Assembly: GCA_034670305.1 (NCBI GenBank)
Contig: JAXMNT010000011.1
Span: 96,850-160,849 of the forward strand
Reading direction: 5' to 3'
Origin: Deltaproteobacteria bacterium
GTDB taxonomy: Bacteria; Myxococcota_A; Polyangia; Polyangiales; Houyiibacteriaceae
DNA: 64,000 bases
In this document: in pieces, positions 50,930-59,685 of the stretch
Layout: every line of letters begins with the position of its first letter
Numbering within the stretch: position 1 is the stretch's first letter
Position numbers and translations under genes: made by a program
The notes under the pieces: generated by a model
Seen by the model: only the letters and a program-made list of their open reading frames with translations
Database searches by the model: none
What the model was told of the DNA's origin: nothing

Positions 50930-52687
50930 ATGAAGAAGTACCTCCGCCCCTACCAAAACCAGCTCCTGTGGGGAGGGCTCTTGCTGCTGGTGACCAACGC
51001 GCTCGACAAGGCGATCCCGTGGCTTCTGCTCGGCGCGGTCGACGGGCTCGACAACGGCGACCTCGAGTCGGTGAAAGCCAACGCGCTCGGTGTCGTCGCG
51101 CTCGCGGCAGGCCTCTGGATCGTCCGGACCAAATCCCGGGTGGTGATCTTCAACGTCGGCCGCGACATCGAACACGACATCCGGCAAGACCTGCTGGTTC
51201 GACTCCACATGCTCGGGCCGTCCTTCTTCCGGAAAGTGCCGACCGGCGACGTGATGAGTCGCGCGACCAGCGACGTCGCGCAGATCCGGCTGCTCGTCGG
51301 CTTCGGCGGCCTCAACGTCATAAACTCCCTGTTCGCGTTCGGCGGCGGGGTGGGGCTGATGCTCTACCTCAGCCCGGAGCTCACGCTCTGGGCGCTCGCG
51401 CCGTACCCGCTCATCATCATCATCGCGCAGGTGTTCGGGCGCGCGCTCTACGTGCGCAGCCGCGAAGCCCAGGAGGCGCTGGCCTCGCTCGCGGACGTGG
51501 CGCAGGAGAACCTCTCGGGCGTGCGCATCGTGCGGTCCTTCGCGATCGAAGAGTCTGAGACTCAGCGCTTCGAACGCGCGAACCAGGAGGCGGTGAAGCG
51601 CAACATGCGTCTCGTGCTCCTGCGCGGCGCGATGTGGCCGGCCCTGATGCTCATCGGATCCCTCGGTACGCTCGCGGTCGTCTACAAGGGCGGCCTGCTC
51701 GTGCTCGACGGTCCGCTCACCGTCGGCCAGCTGGCGGCGTTCCTGGCGTACCTCGGACAGCTCGTGTGGCCGACGCTCGCGTTCGGCTACCTGCTCTCGG
51801 TGGTCCAGCGTGGGCGCGCCTCCTACGCGCGGCTTCAGGACATCCTCGACGCCACCCCCGAGCTCCACGTGCCGGACGTGCCGACGCCGCTCTTGACCGC
51901 GGCGGTCGAAGACGAGCGCGGCAGCGTCGCCATCGACGGCCTCGAGTTCGCGTACGGAGACGCGAAGGTCTTGCAGGGCGTCGACCTCGAGGTGCCCGCG
52001 AAGTCCTCCCTCGCGATCATGGGCGGCGTCGGTTCGGGCAAGAGCACGCTCGCTGCGCTCATTCCCCGCCTCGGCGACACGCCGGTGGGTTCGATCTACG
52101 TCGACGGAGTCGACGTCACCCAGGCGGACCCGGAGGAACTGCGCAAGCACGTCGCCTTCGCGCAGCAGGATCCCTTTCTCTTCTCGACCACCATCGAACG
52201 CAACATCGCGTTCGGCCTGGACGATCCCGACGCGCCCGATGCCGCAGAGCGCATCCGTGCGGCGGCCGCCGACGCGGCGGTGCTCGAGGAGATCGACAGC
52301 TTGCCCAAGGGCATGCAGACGTTGGTCGGCGAACGCGGCGTGCAGCTCTCGGGCGGGCAGAAGCAGCGGGTCGCGCTCGCGCGGGCGCTCTTGCGAGAGC
52401 CGGCCGTGCTCGTGCTCGACGATCCGATGAGCGCGGTCGATGCGAAGACCGAAGCGACCATCCTGCGCGCGCTCGACCGAGCGGGGGAGGGCCGCACGCT
52501 GATCCTCGTCACCCACCGCGTCGCGGCCGCAGCGCGCACGAAGCAGATCGTCGTGCTCGAAGAAGGCGTCGTCACGGAACGAGGCACCCACGACGAACTC
52601 CTGGCCAATGGCGGCCTCTACGCGCGGCTCGCGGCCCGCCAACAACTCGAACACGAGCTGCTCGCCGGAGAGGCGGAGGCGTCGTGA
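50930..52687 (+). CDS. ABC exporter, fused TMD-NBD (heterodimer subunit 1)
   Basis: TMD; GGVGSGKST, LSGGQKQR, degenerate Walker B LVLDD, VTHR. Confidence 0.93.
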   Translation: MKKYLRPYQNQLLWGGLLLLVTNALDKAIPWLLLGAVDGLDNGDLESVKANALGVVALAAGLWIVRTKSRVVIFNVGRDIEHDIRQDLLVRLHMLGPSFFRKVPTGDVMSRATSDVAQIRLLVGFGGLNVINSLFAFGGGVGLMLYLSPELTLWALAPYPLIIIIAQVFGRALYVRSREAQEALASLADVAQENLSGVRIVRSFAIEESETQRFERANQEAVKRNMRLVLLRGAMWPALMLIGSLGTLAVVYKGGLLVLDGPLTVGQLAAFLAYLGQLVWPTLAFGYLLSVVQRGRASYARLQDILDATPELHVPDVPTPLLTAAVEDERGSVAIDGLEFAYGDAKVLQGVDLEVPAKSSLAIMGGVGSGKSTLAALIPRLGDTPVGSIYVDGVDVTQADPEELRKHVAFAQQDPFLFSTTIERNIAFGLDDPDAPDAAERIRAAAADAAVLEEIDSLPKGMQTLVGERGVQLSGGQKQRVALARALLREPAVLVLDDPMSAVDAKTEATILRALDRAGEGRTLILVTHRVAAAARTKQIVVLEEGVVTERGTHDELLANGGLYARLAARQQLEHELLAGEAEAS

Positions 52688-54549
52688 GCACGTCCACCGA
52701 CGAGAAGAAGGGCTCCGACCCGAAGGACGAGAAGGGCCGCAAGAAGGGCGGCCGCCTGATGGTCGACGCGCTGGCCGAGAAGGTCTCGCTCGACGAACGC
52801 CGCTACGACATGGCGCTGCTCAAGCGGCTCGTGCCGTTCTGCGTGGCGCACAAGTGGCTCTTCATCGGCGCGCTCATCACCATGCCCCTCGCCAGCATCG
52901 GTGGCCTCTTCCAGCCGCTGCTGATCAAACGCGCGATCGACGCGACCGTGCTCGACCACAGCCGTGAGGATCTCATGGTCGTCGTCTGGCTCTTCGGCGC
53001 CGCGGTGGCGTTCGAGTTCATCACCCGCTTCGTGCAGACCTACCTCATGCAGCTCGCCGGTCAGCGCAGCACCGCCAGCCTCCGCCTGCATGTCTTCGGA
53101 CACATCCAGCGCATGCGCGTCGGCTACTTCGATCGCACCCCGGTCGGCCGGGTGGTCACCCGCGTGACCAACGACATCGACAGCCTCACCGAACTCTTCG
53201 CCTCGGGCGCGGTCACCGCGATCACCGACGTCATCACGCTGCTCGGCATCGTGGGCTTCATGCTCTTCATCGACTGGCAGCTCAGCCTCGTGACCTTCAT
53301 GGCGCTGCCGCCGCTCGCGTTCGCGGTGAACATCTTCCGCCGCTGGGCCCGGCTCGCGTTCCGCGACATCCGCCTCCGCATCGCGCAGCTCAACGCGTAC
53401 CTCGCCGAACAGGTGCAGGGCCTGCGGGTGGTGCAGGCCTACGGCCGCGAAGAGGACTGCGCGGACGAGTACGGCAAGATCAACGGCGCGTACCGCGAAG
53501 CCAACCACCGCGCGATCCGCTACGACGCGCTGCTCTACTCGGTCGTGCAGAGCGTCTCGGCCGCCTGCGTCGCACTCGTGCTCTACTTCGCGGCCACCCG
53601 CGCCGGCTGGATGGAAGCGGGCGGCGAGTCGGCGGCTTACGTCGGCACCGTCGTCGCGTTCTACGACTACATCCAGCGCTTCTTCATCCCGGTCCGGGAT
53701 CTCGCGACGAAGTACACCATCATCCAGTCGTCCCTCGCGTCGGCCGAGCGCGTGTTCAGCCTGCTCGACACCGACGAACTCGACGCGCCCCAGGATCCCG
53801 ACCGCGACGTCGAAGCGCTCGACGAAGACGAGGCCTTCGCGCTCCACGGCGTGACGTTCGGGTACCGCGAAGACCACCCGGTGCTGCACGACATCGAACT
53901 CACCGTGCGCCCGGGCGAACAGGTCGCAGTCGTCGGCGCGACCGGCTCCGGCAAGACCACGCTCACCGCGCTCTTGCTTCGTCTCTACGACATCGGCATG
54001 GGCTCCGTGACCGTGAAGGGCCGCGATGTGCGCGGCTGGGAGCGACACGAGCTCCGCCGCCAGTTCTCGGTCGTGCCGCAGGACGTCTTCCTCTTCTCCG
54101 GCACGCTGCGCGACAACCTCTGCCTCGGCGATCCATCCCCGGACGACGCGCGCATCGCGTCGGTGCTCGAGAGCGTGGGCGCGACCGATCTGGTCGAACG
54201 CCGCGGCGGACTCGACGCCCGCGTGGACGAACGCGGCGGCAACTTCAGCGCCGGCGAACGACAGCTCCTCGCCTTCGCCCGCGCGCTCTACCGCGACACG
54301 GACCTGCTCATCCTCGACGAAGCCACCGCCAACGTGGACAGCGAGACCGAAGCCCGCGTGCAGAAGGCGGTCGACGTCGTGCTCGAAGGCCGCACCTCGC
54401 TGGTCATCGCCCACCGCCTCAGCACCATCGAACGCGCCGACCGCGTGCTCGTCATGCACGAAGGCCGCATCGCGGAACAAGGCACCCACGCGGAGCTGAT
54501 GCAAATGGGCGGCCTGTACGCGAAGCTCCGCCAGCTCAGCCACGGCTGA
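52684..54549 (+). CDS. ABC exporter, fused TMD-NBD (heterodimer subunit 2)
   Basis: GTGA overlap; GATGSGKTT, FSAGERQ, LILDEAT, IAHRLST; MdlA/MdlB-like pair. Confidence 0.93.
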   Translation: MSTSTDEKKGSDPKDEKGRKKGGRLMVDALAEKVSLDERRYDMALLKRLVPFCVAHKWLFIGALITMPLASIGGLFQPLLIKRAIDATVLDHSREDLMVVVWLFGAAVAFEFITRFVQTYLMQLAGQRSTASLRLHVFGHIQRMRVGYFDRTPVGRVVTRVTNDIDSLTELFASGAVTAITDVITLLGIVGFMLFIDWQLSLVTFMALPPLAFAVNIFRRWARLAFRDIRLRIAQLNAYLAEQVQGLRVVQAYGREEDCADEYGKINGAYREANHRAIRYDALLYSVVQSVSAACVALVLYFAATRAGWMEAGGESAAYVGTVVAFYDYIQRFFIPVRDLATKYTIIQSSLASAERVFSLLDTDELDAPQDPDRDVEALDEDEAFALHGVTFGYREDHPVLHDIELTVRPGEQVAVVGATGSGKTTLTALLLRLYDIGMGSVTVKGRDVRGWERHELRRQFSVVPQDVFLFSGTLRDNLCLGDPSPDDARIASVLESVGATDLVERRGGLDARVDERGGNFSAGERQLLAFARALYRDTDLLILDEATANVDSETEARVQKAVDVVLEGRTSLVIAHRLSTIERADRVLVMHEGRIAEQGTHAELMQMGGLYAKLRQLSHG

Positions 54550-54562
54550 GCGACGCGCGCGG

Positions 54563-54677
54563 GGTCTGCGTCGGGATCAGCGTCGGGGTCGGGGTCGGCT
54601 TCGGCGTCGGCTTCGGCTTCGGCTTCGGCTTCGGCTTCGGCTTCGGCGTCGGCTTCGGCATCGGATTCGGCTTCGGA
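54563..54677 (+). repeat. (TCGGCN)n hexamer tract, about 18 units
   Basis: Directly visible just after the ABC stop. Confidence 0.93.
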
Positions 54678-54843
54678 GCCGCAGGCGCATGCGTGGTGAC
54701 TCGCCTGCACGGGCTCGCGCAGGCCGCTGCGGTCGTTCGTTTCGGGAGAGTTCGAACGAGTTTTCGGGGAGGGTGGGGACGTTCCGTCGCACCCACACCG
54801 AACGAGTCGTCCCCACGCCGTCCAAAACGCATATCGTTCCTGC

Positions 54844-56286
54844 ATGCGCACGCTTCCCATCCTCCTGCTGTCGCTCGTCGCCTGCGGCGACGACTCGAGC
54901 ATGGAGGTCGACGCGGGCGACTCCGCGGTCCAGGACGGCTGGTCGGTCGACACGGGCTCGCTGGAAGACAGCGGCCCAGCGGACACGGGCATGGTGGTGG
55001 ACGTAGGCATCGCAGACGCTCCGGTCGACGCCGCGCCGGAACCGCCCTGGCCACCGCCCGAGCTGCTCGCCGACCCGCCGCCACAACCGACCGGCGACGG
55101 GTGGCGCACCGCCCAGTGGAACGTCTGCACCACGCGCATGGATGGTGGACGCCTCGAGTGCCGCGCGCGGATCGCACCCGGCGACGAAAGCCGCACGGCC
55201 GCGCAGATCGAACGGGCCGCCATCGCGAAGGACTTCCTCGAAGATCCGAACATGTACTCGTTCACGCTCCAGGAGATCTGCGAACAAGACGCGCGCTGGG
55301 TCGCGGCGTTCGTTGCGAACGAAGGACCGCCGCGCGGAGGGTTCCGAGAGGACTTCGACGAAGCCCAGTATGCAGCGCTCGACGAACGCGCGCCCTACGC
55401 GTTCTTGCCGTACGTGACCCGCGAGTTGTCGGAGGGGCGCGACTACGGGTGCGGCCCAGGCATCTCCACCGGCGTCGCCGCCATCGCGAAACGACTTCCG
55501 GAGACCACCGGCCTCTTGCTTCGAGGCCTCACGAACGCGACCTACGCAGAGCGCGCGTCGACCGGCGTGACGAACGCACACCTACGCACCGCAGAGGTCT
55601 GCGCGAACTACTTCGAAGCCCAGACCAGCTACGGTCCAGAGGACGCCAGCGGGCAGTACCCGGCGGTGCGCGACTTTCGTTCGGGTGGCTGCGTCTCTGA
55701 GGTGCCCGACACCTTGCGGGGCCTCGCCTGCGTCCGGACGCGGTGGCGTGGCCCAGGCGATGCCGAAGACCGCACCTACCGCGTCACCACCTGCGCCACC
55801 CACGCAGTCCATCGCGGCGCGAGCACCTGGACGGTGCGGAACCAACACATCGACGAAGCCGCTCGGCAGGCGTTCGGGTTCGCGGGCGGCACCGACCAGC
55901 GCATGATCCTGTCCGGCGACTTCAACGTGGTGGCCAGCCGCGGCGGAGGCGCCTCGCTCAGCAGCCAGGAGCTCGGCCACACGAACATCCTCGAACGGCA
56001 CGGCCTCGGCAAAGTCTCCCTCGGAGACCACGACGCCTCGACCCGGACGGGCACCATCCGCGGCACCGATCCCGACACCACCTGCGGCCGCGAGATCGAC
56101 GGCATCTACGCGAAGAACGCCTGGTGGTTCCACAGCCCGTCCCCGAACGCGACTCCGTGCACGATCTACGGGGACGCGGACCCACCCAGTGAGCCGCCGG
56201 AGCTCAACCCGTACGTCTGGTCCGATCACATCATGATGGTCGGCCCCCTGATGTCACCGCACGGCAGCGGACCCGCGGATTTGTAG
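54844..56286 (+). CDS. Lipoprotein of the endonuclease/exonuclease/phosphatase (EEP) superfamily
   Basis: Lipobox LVAC; ordered motifs QWNV, LQE, TH, SGDFN, ID, SDH. Confidence 0.8.
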   Translation: MRTLPILLLSLVACGDDSSMEVDAGDSAVQDGWSVDTGSLEDSGPADTGMVVDVGIADAPVDAAPEPPWPPPELLADPPPQPTGDGWRTAQWNVCTTRMDGGRLECRARIAPGDESRTAAQIERAAIAKDFLEDPNMYSFTLQEICEQDARWVAAFVANEGPPRGGFREDFDEAQYAALDERAPYAFLPYVTRELSEGRDYGCGPGISTGVAAIAKRLPETTGLLLRGLTNATYAERASTGVTNAHLRTAEVCANYFEAQTSYGPEDASGQYPAVRDFRSGGCVSEVPDTLRGLACVRTRWRGPGDAEDRTYRVTTCATHAVHRGASTWTVRNQHIDEAARQAFGFAGGTDQRMILSGDFNVVASRGGGASLSSQELGHTNILERHGLGKVSLGDHDASTRTGTIRGTDPDTTCGREIDGIYAKNAWWFHSPSPNATPCTIYGDADPPSEPPELNPYVWSDHIMMVGPLMSPHGSGPADL

Positions 56287-56295
56287 TTCAGGTCG

Positions 56296-56491
56296 GTGCC
56301 CTTGCCCTTGCCTTTCGTTCGGTCCGAAGCCGACACCGAAGCCGACGCCGAAGCCGACGCCGAAGCCGAAGCCGAAGCCGATGCCGATGCCGATGCCGAT
56401 GCCGAAGCCGATGCCGACGCCGACGCCGATGCGATCCCGACGGCGCGGAAGTGCGGTGCCCGTGCCCGTGCCCGTGCCCGTGCCCGTGGTT
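56296..56491 (-). repeat. Composite tract: TGCCCT units, (GCCGAM)n and (GTGCCC)5 on +
   Basis: Directly visible between the convergent stops at 56286 and 56500. Confidence 0.93.
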
Positions 56492-56499
56492 CGGCCTGT

Positions 56500-57140
56500 C
56501 TACGTGGTCATTCCGCCGAGCAGGATCTCAAGCACCTCTGCAACCGGGGCGGTCGGGTCCATCGCAGCGATCCTCGGCCGCAGGCGCTCCGCAAACGCGT
56601 TCACGACGAGCGCTGCGCGTTCGATGGCGACGCTCAAGCCTTCGCGCGACACGGACCCGAACGGTGCGACGTCGACCGGCGGATCCTGCTCCGAGGGACG
56701 GAGGAGCGTGAGCACATCCTGTCGCGCGGAGATGTGCGTCCAGGGGTGTCCGATCCACAACATCTTCCATTCGGCGGAAGCATGTTCGGACGCCTGCCGC
56801 CAGTCGTTGAGGTTGGAGAGGTCTCCGCAGCACCCGGGCAACAGCTCCAGGCTTCCCACCGAGAGCGCGTAGCCTCCCGGCAGGATCGACCAGTCCCCGG
56901 GCCCGTCCTCCGCGAGCAGCACGTCGAGCACGTGTGCGTCGGTCAGGTCTTCCACCGCGACGAACCACGACCCGCTCCGGAAGAGCGGGAGGTCGACCAG
57001 GCCCGCGTCCGCGAGCGACGCGCGCCAGTACCTGTCCCATCCCGCCGGGTCCTCTCGGCCTGAGACCGTGGGCCTCGGTGTTCGCGGGTAGCGAACGACG
57101 CGGGCTCGAACTCGACGACGGGCGTGAGGACGGCGTGCAT
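56500..57140 (-). pseudogene. Hypothetical gene split by a 1-nt deletion near 57065-57080 (pseudogene or sequencing error)
   Basis: ATG 57140 MHAVLTPVVEFEPASFATREHRG continues in the -1 frame as PTVSGREDPAGWDRYWRASLADAG...VAVEDLTD...PGCCGDL...WIGHPW to TAG 56500. Confidence 0.7.
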
Positions 57141-57159
57141 GGGGTGGGGTCTAACAGAG

Positions 57160-57309
57160 GCCGACGCGACCGCCGAGGTTGAAGCCGACGCTGAAGCCGA
57201 CGCGGACGCCGACGCTGAAGCCGACGCCGACGCTGAAGCCGACGCCGAAGCCGACTCCGAAGCCGAAGCCGAAGCCGACGCCGAAGCCGACCCAGAAGCC
57301 GAAGCCGCC
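57160..57309 (-). repeat. (GCCGAM)n hexamer tract on + (TCGGCN on -), about 22 units, just 3' of the tRNA
   Basis: Directly visible; begins 8-9 nt after the tRNA CCA. Confidence 0.93.
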
Positions 57310-57317
57310 GCGTTGCG

Positions 57318-57407
57318 TGGTGCCGGGAGCGGGGTTCGAACCCGCACGTGGGGAGTGCCCACCAGCGATTTTAAGTCGCCTGCGTTTGCCAGTTTCGCCA
57401 CCCCGGC
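57318..57407 (-). tRNA. tRNA-Leu (anticodon UAA), CCA encoded, long variable arm
   Basis: Reverse complement GCCGGGG TGGCGAAACTGGCAAACGCA GGCGA CTTAAAA TCGCT ... GCGGG TTCGAAC CCCGC TCCCGGC A CCA. Confidence 0.96.
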
Positions 57408-57651
57408 TGGGGACGCGTTTCGAGCGTATCCGCTCGCTCGCGTGTTCGCGCCCCGAAAAGCTGGGGATGGGATCGGGTCGGCGCAATAGGGCCGCCAGTC
57501 TCGCGAAGCGAGCCAGGCCCGTGGTGGCAGTAAACATGGTCTCTTTTTTGACCAGAACGCGTCGGTTGGGCGATGCATGGGTTGGGCCGGGGCGACGGCC
57601 TCTGAATCACCAGCCCTCCGGGAATCCCGGACGGCGAACAAGGACGGGCGA

Positions 57652-57882
57652 ATGAACAACGATCAGCTGATGGAGACTCTGCGCGCACTTCTTCGGGATG
57701 TGCTCAAGGCACGTTTTGACGGAGCCGCGTACGCGAAGCTCGCGCGCGCCCACGGCTACGCCGATGGCTACATGCGCGCACTCCTCGACGCAGGTCTCGT
57801 GAACCGCGACGATTTGCTCGGTGTGGTGGGCGACGAGCGCAAGCGCTTCGTCGAAGAAGTGCCGGCCTACCAGGTCGCCTGA
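57652..57882 (+). CDS. Small helical hypothetical protein (76 aa)
   Basis: AAGGA RBS, ATG 57652, [12 protein letters not shown] motif, followed by a terminator. Confidence 0.75.
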   Translation: MNNDQLMETLRALLRDVLKARFDGAAYAKLARAHGYADGYMRALLDAGLVNRDDLLGVVGDERKRFVEEVPAYQVA

Positions 57883-57910
57883 ACGCCTCCGTTCAGCCTC
57901 CCGAAAAGCG

Positions 57911-57945
57911 AACCCCCGCGCCAGCACATGGCTCGGGGGTTTTCT
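57911..57945 (+). terminator. Intrinsic terminator
   Basis: AACCCCCGCGCCA / TGGCTCGGGGGTT stem followed by T's. Confidence 0.75.
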
Positions 57946-58003
57946 CGTGGGAGCGGGGGAGGAATCAAGTTCGATGCCGGCGGTGCTGCTGGTTGTTGCT
58001 GGA

Positions 58004-58100
58004 GCCGCCACTGTCTCTGCCGCTGTCTCTGCCGCTGTCTCTGCCGCTGTCTGCCGCTGTCTCTGCCGCTGTCTCTGCCGCTGTCTCTGTCTCCGCGGCT
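58004..58100 (-). repeat. 12-mer tandem tract (CTGTCTCTGCCG)n on +, i.e. CGGCAGAGACAG on -
   Basis: About 7 units; reverse-complement relative of the 5366-5599 12-mer. Confidence 0.9.
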
Positions 58101-58185
58101 GCCTGCGGACTGCTGAAGTCCCGACGCGTTCGACCCCGAAGCTTTTGGCTCCGGGGTCGATGCACGGTCACGCTCGAAGAGAGGA

Positions 58186-59685
58186 CTACTCGACGGTGTA
58201 GACGCGGACGCCGTTGCCGATCATGTCGCGCATCTCTTGGCGCCAGAACGCGCCGACGAACGAGGTGCCGCCGACGATGACCTGGTTGGTGTAGTAGCCG
58301 TTGCTGTCTTCGGCATCGAGGATGGACACCGACCACTCGCCGTCGGCGGGCTTGCGGGCGAAGAGCGCACGCTGGGCGGTGACGTCCTGGTAGGTGACTC
58401 GGACTTCGCCCGAGGCAGTGACACGGACTTCGCTGTCGTCGCCCACGATGTGGCGGCCGTCCGGATGAAGGTCGGCCCCGTCCGTCGACCCATCGTCCAC
58501 GACCGCGACGCTGGTGACGACGCCGGCTTCGACCGTGGCGTAGCGGAGCGCTTCTTCGGCTCCGTCCGCGTAGGTGACGTGCCAGACGCCGGTGGAGTCC
58601 ACCGCAAGGCTGGCGCCGAGACCGGAGTCGCCGGCCGGGTCCATGCCTTCGGGAGGCGTGGCCGAGTAGCCGTCGATCAGGAAGGGCGCGCCCCAGGCGG
58701 AGCCGTCGAACGCGGCGCCCATGATGTCGCCGGCCTGGCGGTCGTAGTAGACCAGGCCGAGGCCGCCGCTGGTCACGGCGAGCGAGGTGTGCAGCCCGAC
58801 GAAGGGACGCAGGTCCTCGACGAAGTCGTCTTCGATCGTTTCGACGCAGGAGCCCATGAAGCAGGCCATCGAGTCGCCACACTCTTCTGCGCAACCACCG
58901 GTCGGCATGACGCACTCACCGGCGGCCAGACAGACCGAACCGTCTGGGCACAAGTCCGCGCGGCAGTTCACTTCGGCGGTGACCACCTTGGTGACCGTCC
59001 ACGCGGTGGGCGCGGTCGGCGCGGCGCCGGCGCTCGCAACCCGCACTTCGGACATGGGCCGCCCGGGCAGGGTCGTGACCGGGAGCATGCCGAGGTACGC
59101 GACCGAGAGGCCCGACGAGGTCCGGACCAGCGACGCGTATTGGCCCGCGTCGCCCTCTTGATCGATGTCGTGAATCGCCCAGGGGCCGCCCGGCGCGCCG
59201 CTGGCGAACTTGAGTTTGCCGTTGGTGCGGTCGTAGTAGGCGATGTTCACCGTGCCGCCGTCCACGGCGACGCTGGCGAACTCACCGACGTTGTCGCCGG
59301 GAAGGAGCACACCACCGCGCCACCCCTCCGGGTCGCGGCTGACGGGGCCATCGGGCACACCGTCTACGATTTCCCACTCGGGGAACTCCGCGCCGGCGGC
59401 GTAGGTGCCGACGACGAGATCGCCGTAGAGGGTGAGGGGCGGGACGCCGGGGCTGTAGCCCGCGAACACCAACGTGCCGGACATGTCCGCCATGTCGAGG
59501 TGCGTGGCGAGCAGACCCGGGGCGAGCGGACCGCCCGGCTCGGGGGTGTCCATGCCCATCGGCGCGTCACCCATCGGGACGTCGCCGTCTTCCGGCACCG
59601 GACCGCTGCCGCAATCGCACCCTGCGACCGCGAGCAGGGTGCCGAGCGAGAACAAGACCGTGCTGGTGTGCCAGGAGCGGGTCAC
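58186..59685 (-). CDS. Lipoprotein with repeated G.x.S(L/V)AV...(A/V)YYD blades (beta-propeller-like)
   Basis: Lipobox VAGC; repeats GEFASVAVD, GQYASLV, GLHTSLAV, GLGASLAVD, GDDSEV; GTGA overlap with the upstream gene. Confidence 0.8.
   Translation of the reverse strand: MTRSWHTSTVLFSLGTLLAVAGCDCGSGPVPEDGDVPMGDAPMGMDTPEPGGPLAPGLLATHLDMADMSGTLVFAGYSPGVPPLTLYGDLVVGTYAAGAEFPEWEIVDGVPDGPVSRDPEGWRGGVLLPGDNVGEFASVAVDGGTVNIAYYDRTNGKLKFASGAPGGPWAIHDIDQEGDAGQYASLVRTSSGLSVAYLGMLPVTTLPGRPMSEVRVASAGAAPTAPTAWTVTKVVTAEVNCRADLCPDGSVCLAAGECVMPTGGCAEECGDSMACFMGSCVETIEDDFVEDLRPFVGLHTSLAVTSGGLGLVYYDRQAGDIMGAAFDGSAWGAPFLIDGYSATPPEGMDPAGDSGLGASLAVDSTGVWHVTYADGAEEALRYATVEAGVVTSVAVVDDGSTDGADLHPDGRHIVGDDSEVRVTASGEVRVTYQDVTAQRALFARKPADGEWSVSILDAEDSNGYYTNQVIVGGTSFVGAFWRQEMRDMIGNGVRVYTVE

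Noticed and set aside
54550-57407. Classical integrative island at tRNA-Leu
   Set aside because: No integrase and no duplicated tRNA 3' end (att) found by eye in the window.
57318-57407. Group I intron in tRNA-Leu(UAA)
   Set aside because: The anticodon loop CTTAAAA is uninterrupted and the gene is 90 nt.
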